From the NCBI GenBank assembly GCA_963796685.1, contig CAWCMR010000014.1, positions 1 through 64,000 of the forward strand: a DNA stretch of 64,000 nucleotides. Direction: 5' to 3'. A model generated the notes under the pieces. That model was not told the DNA's origin and ran no database searches. It saw only the letters and a list, made by a program, of their open reading frames with translations. Position numbers and translations under genes: made by a program. The stretch comes from an uncultured delta proteobacterium (GTDB lineage Bacteria > Myxococcota_A > Polyangia > Fen-1088). Shown piece by piece: positions 21,449 through 31,432 of the stretch (positions are counted from its first letter, which is position 1; the number at the start of each line of letters is the position of its first letter).

Positions 21449-21487
21449 CGCTACGCCATTTTTTCCTGCTCGTGGTACCGTCCGGCC

Positions 21488-21718
21488 ATGGCCAAATCAC
21501 CTTGCCCCGTTTCGAAGACGCAGTTTCTGGACAAAGCCGAACCGGTGAAGATCACCATCGGTACCGCCGAGCTCATCGCCGACAAGCGCGAGTTCTCGAC
21601 CGGCTCTTTCGGCTGGTATTACAACGGCAAGACCACCATTGCGGTCGACGGTAAGCTGCTCTCGGTGCAGATCGGGATGAACCTGACCGTGGTCGGCAGC
21701 AAGGAAGCCGAACGCTAG
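21488..21718 (+). CDS. Small beta-rich hypothetical protein (76 aa)
   Basis: Strong coding codon bias; motif REFSTGSFGWYYNGK...QIGMNLTVVGSK. Confidence 0.75.
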   Translation: MAKSPCPVSKTQFLDKAEPVKITIGTAELIADKREFSTGSFGWYYNGKTTIAVDGKLLSVQIGMNLTVVGSKEAER

Positions 21719-21728
21719 AGACCCATCC

Positions 21729-22256
21729 ATGGGGCGAATCGTGAAGGCAGCGGATCTCTTGCCTTCCTCGAAGTCTGCCCAGGAGAGCGCAGCCTGGGCG
21801 ACGCCCGCCGCGGGCGACCGGGAAGCCGCGTGCGCCGAGGTGACCGAGCTGCTGGTGTCGGCGCGCGCCGCCGCCGAAGCCGAGCGTGCTGCGGCCAAGG
21901 ATGCGGCGCTCGTGCTCGCGCGCAAGATGGCCGAGAAGATCGTCGGGCGCGCCGTAGAGCTCGATCCCGCCGTGCTGGGCGAGATCGCGGGGCAAGCCCT
22001 GGCGGCAAGCCGGGTGCGTGGCGGTGCGGTGCTGTTGCGCGTTCACCCCGATGACGTCGCCGCCATCGAGCAGGCCCGCCCGCAGTGGGTGCAGCGAATC
22101 GCCGCCTCCGCCGACGTGCGCGTGGTGGCCGACGATTCGGTGGGGCGTCACGGTTGCGTGGTCGAAACTCCGGTTGGGCGTCTCGATGCCCGGTTGCAAA
22201 CCCAGCTCGACGCTCTCGAGCGCGCCTTGCGCGGCGCCGGGCTCGGCCGCACCTGA
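21729..22256 (+). CDS. FliH/SctL family stator protein
   Basis: LARKMAEKIVGR, LRVHPDD, VADDSVGRHGCVVETPVGRLDARLQTQL; directly upstream of the ATPase. Confidence 0.88.
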   Translation: MGRIVKAADLLPSSKSAQESAAWATPAAGDREAACAEVTELLVSARAAAEAERAAAKDAALVLARKMAEKIVGRAVELDPAVLGEIAGQALAASRVRGGAVLLRVHPDDVAAIEQARPQWVQRIAASADVRVVADDSVGRHGCVVETPVGRLDARLQTQLDALERALRGAGLGRT

Positions 22257-22268
22257 AAGGAGCTCTGC

Positions 22269-23618
22269 ATGGCAGAAGGTGAGCCGGTTCTGGTCGAAAT
22301 CTCCGAGGCCCTGAATGCCCTCGATCGGGTGAACCCCTTGCGCATCGCCGGCCGCGTGGCGGAGGTGACCGGCCTGGTCGTGCGCGCCACCATCCCGGGG
22401 GTTCGCGTGGGCGAAATGGTGACCATCGACGTGGATGCATTGCCGGGCGTGCTGGCGCAGGGCGCGACTCGCCTGCAGGCAGAGGTGGTGGGCTTTCGCG
22501 GCGACGAAGTCGTGCTCATGCCGCTGGGGCCGCTCGCGGGCATCGGACCCGACTCGGTGGTGAGCCCGAGCGGCCGCTCGCTCACCATCCGGGTTGGCGA
22601 GGGACTGCTCGGCCGCGTGGTCGGCGGGCTCGGCGAACCCATGGACGGTGCCGGCCCCATCGCCGGCCCGACCGAGGAGTGGCCCGTCGACCGGCCCGCC
22701 CCGGATCCCTTGCTCCGCCAGCGCATTCGCCGACCGCTCGCCCTCGGCGTGCGCGCCATCGACGCACTCCTGACCGTGGGCGAAGGCCAACGCGTGGGGC
22801 TGTTCGCCGGTTCGGGCGCGGGCAAGTCCCTGCTCCTTGGCCAGATTGCGCGCAACACGGATGCCGACGTGAACGTGATTTGCCTGGTGGGCGAGCGCGG
22901 TCGCGAGGTGGGGGAGTTCTTGGAAGATGCGCTCGGCAGCGAGGGGCGCGCGCGCTCGGTCGTTGTCTGCGCCACCAGCGACGCGCCTAGTTTGGTCCGT
23001 CTGAAGTCGGCCTTCGTGGCCACGGCCATCGCCGAGTGGTTTCGCGATCGCGGCAAACGCGTGCTGCTCATGATGGATTCCCTCACGCGGTTCGCGCGCG
23101 CGCAACGCGAGGTCGGTCTGGCCGCGGGGGAGCCGCCCGCCCGTCACGGCTTTCCGCCCAGCGTGTTCGCCCTGCTGCCACGTCTGCTCGAACGCACCGG
23201 CAACGCCCCGCACGGGTCGATCACGGCTCTCTACACGGTCCTGGTCGCGGGCGGCGACCTGGACGAGCCCATCGCCGACGAAGCGCGTGGAATCCTCGAC
23301 GGACACATCGTGCTTTCGCGCGCGCTCGGCGAGCGCAATCACTGGCCGGCCATCGACGTGCTGGCCTCCCTGTCGCGGGTGATGGAATTCGTGGCCGACG
23401 CCGAGCACCGCCAGGCCGCCGCTCGGGTGCGCGAGCTTCTGGCCGCATACGAGCAGAAGCGGGAGCTCATCTCGCTTGGGGCCTACAAGCTCGGCAGCGA
23501 TCCGCGCACCGACAGGGCCATGGCCAAGAACGAAGCGATCAGCACGTTCTTGCGCCAAGGACTGCGCGAGTCGGCGCCGCCCGACCAGACTCGCCAGCGC
23601 TTGCTGGCGCTGGTATAG
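22269..23618 (+). CDS. sctN: FliI/YscN (SctN) type III secretion ATPase
   Basis: GQRVGLFAGSGAGKS (Walker A), VGERGREV, MDSLTRFARAQRE, LLERTG, ILDGHIVLSR, PAIDVLASLSRVM. Confidence 0.92.
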   Translation: MAEGEPVLVEISEALNALDRVNPLRIAGRVAEVTGLVVRATIPGVRVGEMVTIDVDALPGVLAQGATRLQAEVVGFRGDEVVLMPLGPLAGIGPDSVVSPSGRSLTIRVGEGLLGRVVGGLGEPMDGAGPIAGPTEEWPVDRPAPDPLLRQRIRRPLALGVRAIDALLTVGEGQRVGLFAGSGAGKSLLLGQIARNTDADVNVICLVGERGREVGEFLEDALGSEGRARSVVVCATSDAPSLVRLKSAFVATAIAEWFRDRGKRVLLMMDSLTRFARAQREVGLAAGEPPARHGFPPSVFALLPRLLERTGNAPHGSITALYTVLVAGGDLDEPIADEARGILDGHIVLSRALGERNHWPAIDVLASLSRVMEFVADAEHRQAAARVRELLAAYEQKRELISLGAYKLGSDPRTDRAMAKNEAISTFLRQGLRESAPPDQTRQRLLALV

Positions 23619-23657
23619 ATGGCATGAATACGCCGATAGACACTTCAGGAGTTCATC

Positions 23658-24002
23658 ATGAGCGACTGTCTCTTCTGTAAGATCTGCGAAGGCAAGATCC
23701 CCGCAACCATCACCTACCGCGACCACGACGTGGTCGTGTTCAAGGACATCGGCCCGAAGGCGCCGCTGCACGAGCTGGTCATCCCCGTCCGCCACATGAC
23801 CAGCCTTGCCGAGGCCAAGCCCGAGGACGCGGCCTTGCTCGGCAAACTGATGATCGTGGCCAGCCAGCAAGCTCGCGCCGCGGGCTTCGCCGAGGGTGGT
23901 TTTCGCGTGGTGATGAACGCCGGCCCCGACGCGGGGCAGAGCGTGGCCCACGTCCACCTGCACGTGCTGGCTGGCCGCGCGCTGGGCTGGCCGCCGGGGT
24001 GA
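23658..24002 (+). CDS. hinT: Histidine triad nucleotide-binding protein
   Basis: DCLFCKI, GQSVAHVHLHVLAGR..WPPG. Confidence 0.93.
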   Translation: MSDCLFCKICEGKIPATITYRDHDVVVFKDIGPKAPLHELVIPVRHMTSLAEAKPEDAALLGKLMIVASQQARAAGFAEGGFRVVMNAGPDAGQSVAHVHLHVLAGRALGWPPG

Positions 24003-25178
24003 TTACAGGTTCAACGGCAGCGTGAATTGGTTCGGGTCGTCGGTCAGGAAGTCGTTGAGATAGGGCGAGAAGGTCTGGACCTGGATGGCCTTCTTGCCGT
24101 AGTCGAGCTGGACCACGCGCAGGTAACCGTAGCCGAAGTTCTCCCCGTTGAGCCACTGGTAGTCGGACAAGATCTGGTGAACGGTGGTGCCGTCCGGGCG
24201 GGTGCTGGTCAGGCGCGCCCACCCGGTCATGTGGCCACAGAAGACGAGGCGCACGTTCGAGTTGGGCAGAACCAACTTTTGCCACATTGCCTCGCCGTCG
24301 TTGATGCCCTCCGAGGCCGTGAATTGGTATTGCTGCGGGTTCCACCATTGGTAGGCAGGGCTGCTCTGATCATTGCCGCCCACGTTGATGTCGTAGCGGG
24401 TCCCATCGCTGTAGAGGTAAAGGTGGGTGACGATGATCGCGGGATACTGGGCGTAGGTCTTTAGCACCGTGTTGGCCCAATCCAGGACCGAATCGCGCGG
24501 CGCAAACTCGAGACCCAAGACCAACCACTTCTGCGGCCCGATGTCGACGAGCATGTAGCTATTGTCGATCTTATCCGGGGTCATCGTGCCGGTAATCCAA
24601 GGCATGCTGGAAGGAGCAAAGTAGGTTTCCATGAACATGCTCTTGCGGTCGACGGTGCTGTAATCATGGTTGCCAGGAACCACGATATAGGGCAGCGCCA
24701 CCTTGTCGAGCTCTCGCATGGCCGGGTTTGCCGCAGTCCACTGAATGGTCAGGTCGCTGTCGACGATGTCGCCAACATGCAGGACCGCGGCGATGTTCAT
24801 CGCGAGCTTCTGCGCGACGATCCAGTCCGTCTGCTCCATGAAAACGGCCGGGTAGTCTTTGGCGTAGTACTGGGTGTCGGGCAGCACGACGATGGTGGCG
24901 GTAGACGGTGGTTGCTTGCCGACATCGCTCCCGCCATCCACGGGCGAAATGGCCGCGCCCGCCTCGCCGATCGAGGATGCGCCATCCGGTGCTTCGCCGG
25001 CATCAGCCAGATAGACCGGGCCAGCGTCGGGCTGAGTCGGCTTCGGCCCATCGACCGCATCGTGCCCTGCAAGGCCGGCGTCCGCAGGGGTGCTGCTGGT
25101 TTCCCCGCAGCCTGTGGCGAGCAGGGAAACCAAGAACATCACTCCAGCTGGACGGTAGAGCGATCCGACGCGAAGCAT
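24003..25178 (-). CDS. Calcineurin-like metallophosphoesterase lipoprotein
   Basis: LATGC lipobox; PDTQYY, HVGDIVD, PGNHD, VTH, CGH metal ligands. Start uncertain. Confidence 0.85.
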   Translation of the reverse strand: MLRVGSLYRPAGVMFLVSLLATGCGETSSTPADAGLAGHDAVDGPKPTQPDAGPVYLADAGEAPDGASSIGEAGAAISPVDGGSDVGKQPPSTATIVVLPDTQYYAKDYPAVFMEQTDWIVAQKLAMNIAAVLHVGDIVDSDLTIQWTAANPAMRELDKVALPYIVVPGNHDYSTVDRKSMFMETYFAPSSMPWITGTMTPDKIDNSYMLVDIGPQKWLVLGLEFAPRDSVLDWANTVLKTYAQYPAIIVTHLYLYSDGTRYDINVGGNDQSSPAYQWWNPQQYQFTASEGINDGEAMWQKLVLPNSNVRLVFCGHMTGWARLTSTRPDGTTVHQILSDYQWLNGENFGYGYLRVVQLDYGKKAIQVQTFSPYLNDFLTDDPNQFTLPLNL

Positions 25179-25251
25179 TTCCCTAATATGGATGACCAAT
25201 CGATTCATGCGAAAGGAAATGCACTCGCGCAGTGCGCTGTGGGTGGATGAG

Positions 25252-25872
25252 TTAGTCCTCATCTATGCGATCCGTCACGGCCGGGTCGGGCGGCAGGAAC
25301 GTCCGATCGGGCGCGCGTCGTTCCTCGACGAAATCCACGACGAATGCCTGTTGTCCGTCCGGCGTATGGATTTCCAGCGGTAGACGCAGGCGTGAGGACC
25401 AGCAGAATGTAAACGCCGTACCATCACTGCGCACGACTCGATAAGGCTGGCAACTCGTCCCGGATACCTTCTTTGGCCTGCCGGCGCGGCTCAAGTCGAG
25501 CTTGCCGGCGGGTCTCACCAGCACGTAGGCTAGCTCGTTCCACGCCTCGAGGTGCCCCGTACGAAGAAGTGCGTCTTCGTTTCCGCGCAACACTTGTCCC
25601 GATCGTTTGTCGACCAGGACGGTCGAGAGGCTGCTCCCGCTCCGCGTGGCATAGAGATCCAATACCCCGTCGGACGAGCGCCGCAGTCGTTCGGGCTCGC
25701 GCCAGGCTTCCACCCTGTGCACCTTCTTGGAGCGATCGGCAACGCGGGCACGGTAGTGGATGCTTTTCGGCAGCCGCCCGTCTTCGCCGCCGAACAATGC
25801 GGTCCGCCAATCGGTCGCGTGCGCCGCTCCCGAAGCCACCAGAAGCGCACATGCCGCCGCAACCCGAATCAT
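25252..25872 (-). CDS. Secreted hypothetical protein
   Basis: Signal peptide ending AAHA; ATGA overlap with the upstream phosphodiesterase gene. Confidence 0.65.
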   Translation of the reverse strand: MIRVAAACALLVASGAAHATDWRTALFGGEDGRLPKSIHYRARVADRSKKVHRVEAWREPERLRRSSDGVLDLYATRSGSSLSTVLVDKRSGQVLRGNEDALLRTGHLEAWNELAYVLVRPAGKLDLSRAGRPKKVSGTSCQPYRVVRSDGTAFTFCWSSRLRLPLEIHTPDGQQAFVVDFVEERRAPDRTFLPPDPAVTDRIDED

Positions 25873-27950
25873 TGCCTGGTTGCCTTGGCGGAGTCGAAGT
25901 AGCGGTAGGTCTGCCCGCCGACCGTGACATCCTTGACCTTCACTTGGAAGGTGTAAGTCGTCTTGCCTGGGTCGGCCGTGTTGGTGGGAAGAACCATCGA
26001 CAATCCGTCCGCCGCTGCGGCAGGGCCGAGGGTCGAGGGGGTGACCGTGTAATCGGTGACCACCTTGCCTCCCACGAGGGCCTCGTCCAGGGATCGACCC
26101 GCGGCCGAGGGAAGAGAAAGTCCGAGGAGCGCTGCCGCGGTCGGAGCGACATCCACGTTCCCCGACGGCAGGGTGTCTTGCATCGCCGACTTGAATCGCG
26201 GCCCCGAGGCGACGAGCGTGTTGTGTACGTCGATCGGGCCGAAGGTGCCGTGCATGCCGCGGTAGTTCTGCGCGCTTTCGAACTCGATGCCCTTCATGCC
26301 TTGTACGACCGCGGTCTCGTCGCAGTCGTAGCTGGCGACGATGTCCGGGTTTCTGCCCGCACTGTTCTCCAGTCTGACCTGGTCGAGCGACATGGTGCCG
26401 GGCAGGTCGCCGTAGTTGCTGGCGACGAAGATGGCGCCGATTTCCTCCCGGCTCTGGAGGAACCTCACCGCGCTCGCCACCGTCGCCGCGTCATGATCGG
26501 GAACATAGAGATACTCGCTGCCGCCGTTGGCCGCGATGACGATGGCTTTGGCAGGAAGGGGACCCGCAGGGACCCTGTAAAACGGCGTGTTGTACCTTCC
26601 GGCCACCGCCCCGCAAATGCTGCCGTCGGTATCGATCTGGGTCGGGTACAGGCGCGTGCCGTCCGCCGCGATGCCCGACATCACCGGGTCGAAAGTACAA
26701 CCAACGCCGTCATAGGCCACGAACCCGGCCTGCGTCATGAGGTGGGCGAGACGCACGTCGCCCGAGACCGAGTATCCGTTCGGATCCAGGTCGCCCGTGG
26801 TGTTTCCGACACCGGAAGGATCGGCCTTCACCGCGCGCAGTGGAAAGAGGCTGAGGGGTCCGGAAACGCTGCTGTGCCCGTGATCGGAGACCACGATCAC
26901 GTCCGTGCTGGCCGCCAGATCGAGCACGTCGAGCTTGTCCAGCAACATGCCCAGCAACTGATCCTGCGACTTGAGCGAGTCGCGGTAGTTGGCGGAGCCG
27001 GGGCCGTAGGCATGCTCGGTCGAGTCGGGATTGCGGAACCAAATCAGGCTCAGGTCGGGATTCTTCTGCGCCAAGACGAAGTCCAGGTAGACGCCCATCA
27101 TGTAGCTGTTGGCTTTGCCGTAAGGGGTGCCGCCTTGATCGGTCGGATCCGCGGTCGAAGTGTCGCTGAAGTTCCTGCGTCCACCCGCCCCGGTCGGATC
27201 GCCATTGTTCGACGCCAGCGTGATCGAGCCGACGGCGTATGCATTGGGCGTGAGTCTGGGCAGGGCATAGCCCGCGGCCTGAAGCTCCTTGGCGAATGCC
27301 AGCGGATACGCGAATTTCTCGTCGATGATGGTGCCGCCTTCGCCGATGTCCTGTAGGAATGCGGCACCACTCTTGCCCACCGTGGCCGTGGACAGCCCGG
27401 CCCTTTGCGCCGCCTGGAAGAGCGTGCCGACGAGGAGGAGCTTGCCGCCGTAGTAGGCCTGCAGGTCGCTCAGGATGGCATAGTCCTCGGTGAACACGGG
27501 TTGATTGAAATCCACGATGGCGCCAGCGCTGTCGCTGCCCGTCGGGCCTTCTTGCCAGAACGTATTGCCGTAGAACCCGGTCGCGGCGGGAAAGTTTCCG
27601 GTGGCGAAGCTGGCCGAGTTCATCATGGTGAAGGTCGGATAGGTTGCGTGGTTGTCGGCGAACCAAACCCCTTGTGCAGCCATGGCGGCCAGGCGAGGCG
27701 TGTTGGTCGTATCCACCGAATCGGGGCGCAGTCCGTCCCACACGAAGATGATGACCCGTCGGGATTGCGAGATGCTCGCGTCCAGCGGACCCGGGCCGCC
27801 CGCCTCGACGACACCCGTGCCGTCCGGAGAGGGAGCTTGCGCATCCTGAGAAGGGTGGGGCATTCCACCCGTGTCGCTACCGCAACCGCTGCTCAGGGCC
27901 AAGCTGACAACTGCAAGAGCGGACAGGGATCTCGAATCGATTCGACGCAT
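25869..27950 (-). CDS. Alkaline phosphatase superfamily / nucleotide pyrophosphatase-phosphodiesterase lipoprotein
   Basis: LSSGC lipobox; FVWDGLRPD, PTFTMMN (Thr nucleophile), PDSTEH, SDHGH, GMHG, NVDVAPT. Confidence 0.88.
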   Translation of the reverse strand: MRRIDSRSLSALAVVSLALSSGCGSDTGGMPHPSQDAQAPSPDGTGVVEAGGPGPLDASISQSRRVIIFVWDGLRPDSVDTTNTPRLAAMAAQGVWFADNHATYPTFTMMNSASFATGNFPAATGFYGNTFWQEGPTGSDSAGAIVDFNQPVFTEDYAILSDLQAYYGGKLLLVGTLFQAAQRAGLSTATVGKSGAAFLQDIGEGGTIIDEKFAYPLAFAKELQAAGYALPRLTPNAYAVGSITLASNNGDPTGAGGRRNFSDTSTADPTDQGGTPYGKANSYMMGVYLDFVLAQKNPDLSLIWFRNPDSTEHAYGPGSANYRDSLKSQDQLLGMLLDKLDVLDLAASTDVIVVSDHGHSSVSGPLSLFPLRAVKADPSGVGNTTGDLDPNGYSVSGDVRLAHLMTQAGFVAYDGVGCTFDPVMSGIAADGTRLYPTQIDTDGSICGAVAGRYNTPFYRVPAGPLPAKAIVIAANGGSEYLYVPDHDAATVASAVRFLQSREEIGAIFVASNYGDLPGTMSLDQVRLENSAGRNPDIVASYDCDETAVVQGMKGIEFESAQNYRGMHGTFGPIDVHNTLVASGPRFKSAMQDTLPSGNVDVAPTAAALLGLSLPSAAGRSLDEALVGGKVVTDYTVTPSTLGPAAAADGLSMVLPTNTADPGKTTYTFQVKVKDVTVGGQTYRYFDSAKATRQ

Positions 27951-28059
27951 GGTTTCTTCCTTCTTCCAAGGAAGTGATCCGAGCAGGATGAGCCCCTTCG
28001 CTCTGCAACGATTGGGAAACAAGTCGTGGCAGGGTCGCCGCCGAAGCGCCTCGACCCGG

Positions 28060-29469
28060 TCAGGCGTTCCACTCGGTGTGGAACTTTCCGTCTTTGTCGA
28101 TGCGGCTGTACGTGTGCGAACCGAAGTAATCGCGTTGCGCTTGCAAGAGGTTGGCCGGCAGCGTAGCCGAGCGATAGCCGTCGTAGTAGGCGAGGGCGCT
28201 CATGAAGGCGGGTACGGGCACGCCGTGGATGGCGGACACCGAGACGACCTGGCGCCAGGCCTGATGGGCCGTGGCCATGACCCCGGCGAAGTACGAATCC
28301 ATCAGCAAGTTGGCCAACGCGGGATTGCGATCGTAGGCCTCCTTGATCTTGCCCAGGAACTGCGCGCGGATGATGCAGCCGGCGCGCCACAGCGACGAGA
28401 TGGTGCCGAAGCGAAGATCCCAGTGGTACGCCTGGTCCGCGGCCCGCAAGAGGGCGAAGCCCTGCGCGTAGGAGCAGATCTTGGAGCAGAACAGGGCCTT
28501 GCTGATCCTGTCGATGAACGCGCTCCTGTCCCCCGGGAAAGGCACAGTCGGGCCTTGCAGCACCGTCGACGCGGCGACTCGCTCGGCCTTGAGCGCGCTC
28601 AAGGTGCGGGCAAAGACCGCGTCCGCGATGGTGGGCGCTGGTACGCCGAGGTCGAGCGCGGTTTGGCCGGTCCACTTCCCGGTTCCCTTCTGCTCGGCCG
28701 TATCCAGGATGACCTGGACCATGGGCTTGCCCGTGTCGGGATCCTTGCGCGTCAGAATGTCGGCAGTGATGGCCACCAGGTAGGAGCTCAGCTCGCCCTG
28801 GTTCCATTTCGAGAAAACCGCGCTGATTTCCTCGGGGGCCATGCCCAGCAGTTTCTCCATCAGCCAGTAGGCATCGCAGATCATCTGCATGTCGGCGTAC
28901 TCGATGCCGTTGTGAACCATCTTGACGAAATGGCCCGCTCCGCCGCTGCCGATCCAATCGCAGCAGGGCGTGCCGTCGTCGGCCTTGGCGGCGATGGCTT
29001 GCAAGATGGGCTTGGCCAGCGGCCAGGCCTCGGGGTTTCCACCCGGCATGATGGATGGTCCGTGCAAGGCGCCTTCCTCGCCGCCACTGATGCCCGCGCC
29101 GATGAGCAGGATGCCGGTTCCCTCCAGCTCCTGGAGACGACGAACCGTGTCGGTGAAGTGGCTATTGCCACCGTCGATCAGCAGATCCCCTGGCGCGAGA
29201 TGGGGGCGCAGGTTGGCGATGACCGCGTCCACGGCCTTGCCGGCCGGAACCATGATGAGCACCTTCCTCGGCGACTCGAGCGATGCCAAGAATTCGGCCT
29301 GCGTGTGTGTCGCGACCGCTTTCTTGCCCTGGGCCCGTTTCGCGAAGCCGTCGACCTTCTTGGCGTCAAGGTCGAACCCGGCCACGGAGAAACCCCGACT
29401 CTCGATGTTGAGCGCCAGATTTTCCCCCATGACGCCGAGCCCGACGATTCCAACGTGCTGCTTTGCCAT
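28060..29469 (-). CDS. gnd: 6-phosphogluconate dehydrogenase, NADP-dependent, decarboxylating
   Basis: GLGVMG.NLALN, IDGGNS, GISGGEEGA, GHFVKMVHNGIEY, QKGTGKWT, QAQRDYFGSH. Confidence 0.97.
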   Translation of the reverse strand: MAKQHVGIVGLGVMGENLALNIESRGFSVAGFDLDAKKVDGFAKRAQGKKAVATHTQAEFLASLESPRKVLIMVPAGKAVDAVIANLRPHLAPGDLLIDGGNSHFTDTVRRLQELEGTGILLIGAGISGGEEGALHGPSIMPGGNPEAWPLAKPILQAIAAKADDGTPCCDWIGSGGAGHFVKMVHNGIEYADMQMICDAYWLMEKLLGMAPEEISAVFSKWNQGELSSYLVAITADILTRKDPDTGKPMVQVILDTAEQKGTGKWTGQTALDLGVPAPTIADAVFARTLSALKAERVAASTVLQGPTVPFPGDRSAFIDRISKALFCSKICSYAQGFALLRAADQAYHWDLRFGTISSLWRAGCIIRAQFLGKIKEAYDRNPALANLLMDSYFAGVMATAHQAWRQVVSVSAIHGVPVPAFMSALAYYDGYRSATLPANLLQAQRDYFGSHTYSRIDKDGKFHTEWNA

Positions 29470-29480
29470 GGATTCACCTC

Positions 29481-30449
29481 CTACAGTCGGATGTCGACCA
29501 ACACCTTCTTGCGTAGATCCCCGAGGTAGATCTTGGTCTGGCGCTCCATCTCGCGCTGGCGCAATCGAATGCGGATATCCTCTTGGACCTCGGCGAAGGG
29601 CTTGGCATCCTTGGCGCGCTTGTCGACCAACTTGATGATGTGAAAGCCGCGGTCGGCGCGCACCGGGCCGCGGATGTCCCCCACGTTCATGGAGAAAAGC
29701 AGTTCTTCCAGGGGCTTGGGCAGGATGTCGCGGCCGATGAATCCCAGATCGCCGCCCTCGGCGCGCGTGCCCGTGTCCTCGGAGTATTCGCGCGCCAGCT
29801 TGGCGAAGTCCTCACCGTGCTGCGCGCGCGCGAGCAGAGACTTGGCCAGCTTCTCGCGCTCGAGCACGGTGGCATTGTCGGCGTCGTCGGGGATGGTGAT
29901 GAAGATGTGGCTGGCGCGCACCTGCACGTTGGCCGACTTCATGTGGCGATCGTAGTAGCTCTGCACCTCGCTGTCGCCCACGTTGATCTTGGAGCCCACG
30001 GCGATGTTGAGCACGCGGTACTTGAGGATCTCGCGCTTGGTGTTTTGGCGGTAGACGGGCATGGTCAGGCCTTGCTTGCGCAATTCGTCCCTGAGCTGCG
30101 AGTCGTTGAGACCGTAGTCGTGCTTGATCTGCTCGATGGCGCGGTCGATCTCGTCGTTGCTGACGGTCAGCTTCAATTCGGTCGCCTGCTGCGCCAGGAG
30201 ATCGTCGTCGATGAGCCGCTCCAACACCTCGCGGCGGATGGCGTTGGTTCGAGCCTCGCGCTCGGCGGGGTTCGTGATCGCGTCGACATCGGACATCAGC
30301 GGCGCCGCCCGATCCTCGACCTCGCTTTGTAGAATGAGGTCGTCGCCGACCAGCGCGGCGATCTTCTCGACCACGCGGGCATGGGCCGCCATGGGCCAAG
30401 TCAGTAGAGCTAGGCCAATCGCCACTCCGGAAACGCGCATTGCCTTCAT
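29481..30449 (-). CDS. surA: SurA-family chaperone / parvulin PPIase
   Basis: Signal peptide, VVEKIAALVGDDLILQSE (SurA N domain), ASHI..FAKLAREYSED..GGDLG..GFHIIKL. Confidence 0.82.
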   Translation of the reverse strand: MKAMRVSGVAIGLALLTWPMAAHARVVEKIAALVGDDLILQSEVEDRAAPLMSDVDAITNPAEREARTNAIRREVLERLIDDDLLAQQATELKLTVSNDEIDRAIEQIKHDYGLNDSQLRDELRKQGLTMPVYRQNTKREILKYRVLNIAVGSKINVGDSEVQSYYDRHMKSANVQVRASHIFITIPDDADNATVLEREKLAKSLLARAQHGEDFAKLAREYSEDTGTRAEGGDLGFIGRDILPKPLEELLFSMNVGDIRGPVRADRGFHIIKLVDKRAKDAKPFAEVQEDIRIRLRQREMERQTKIYLGDLRKKVLVDIRL

Positions 30450-31432
30450 CGCCGAATACCTAGCACGGCGCCCGCGTCGATGCCGGGTCGTTGCGCCTCG
30501 GGCGGCCAGGCGACGCTGGGGCCGTGGCCGGCTGCCTCGCCTTTGCCTTCCGTCAGGTCCAGCTTGCCGAGCTGGTCCTCGAAGATCTCGACCTTGACCG
30601 TCTGGCGTGCCTCCTCGACGAGCTCCTTCTTGCGCTTGGTGCGTAGTTCTTCGAGCAGGCGCCTCTGGATCTCGGGCTTGGCCTCTTCGAGCGAGCGCGA
30701 AACGGCAGGGCGCTTGTCGGTCAGCTTGAGCACGGCGAATCCCATGTCCGTGTGCACGAGATCGGACACGTCGCCGACGTTCTTCAACGCGAAGGCGGCG
30801 GCCACCACGGATTGCGGGTGCTGGGTCGTGGCCCTGTCGAACTGGGTCAAATCCCCGCCGCGCGGCTTCGAATCCGCATCCTCGCTGTACTGGTCCACCA
30901 GGTCGCGGAAGGCCTTCATGTCCGATTTGGGAGCGGCCTTGACGGCCGCCAGCACCTTCAAAGCCTTGCCTCGATCCTTGACCAGAATCTGACTGATCCG
31001 TACCGTCTCCGGGCGCACATAGTCCGTCGCGTGCTCCCTGTAGAATTTCTCGACATCCGCCTCGGGCACATCCGAAGGTTTCACCTTCTCGAGGACTTCC
31101 TGCTGGAGGAACAGCCGCACCATCTTGTCCTTGGCCACCCGCAGCACCTCGGGATCGCGCTCGTAGCCGCGTTTGCGCGCCTCGATGGCCAGCACGTCGT
31201 AGCGAACCAGGCTGTCGAGGAGCTCCTTCTTCTTTTCGATGGTGGAGTAACGCGCGAGCACGAAGGGCTGACTGGCATAGCGAGCCAGCAGCTCCTTCAA
31301 GTCCGCCGCGGTGATCACGAGGTCGTCGACCTGGGCCAGCACGACCTCGGCCGATCCCTTTCGGTCGGCGGCGGGTTTGCCATGGCAGGCAGAGATCACG
31401 ACCACCGTGGCGATGATCAAGGAACGATGCAT
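30446..31432 (-). CDS. PpiC-type peptidyl-prolyl isomerase (PrsA-like lipoprotein)
   Basis: ISAC lipobox; SQILV, YSED..SKPRGGDL, TDMGFAVLKL. Confidence 0.88.
   Translation of the reverse strand: MHRSLIIATVVVISACHGKPAADRKGSAEVVLAQVDDLVITAADLKELLARYASQPFVLARYSTIEKKKELLDSLVRYDVLAIEARKRGYERDPEVLRVAKDKMVRLFLQQEVLEKVKPSDVPEADVEKFYREHATDYVRPETVRISQILVKDRGKALKVLAAVKAAPKSDMKAFRDLVDQYSEDADSKPRGGDLTQFDRATTQHPQSVVAAAFALKNVGDVSDLVHTDMGFAVLKLTDKRPAVSRSLEEAKPEIQRRLLEELRTKRKKELVEEARQTVKVEIFEDQLGKLDLTEGKGEAAGHGPSVAWPPEAQRPGIDAGAVLGIRR

Noticed and set aside
21729-23618. Flagellar fliH-fliI or F1 ATPase beta subunit
   Set aside because: No flagellar or atp genes nearby; motifs fit FliI/YscN and the context favours a non-flagellar system, though phylogeny is needed.
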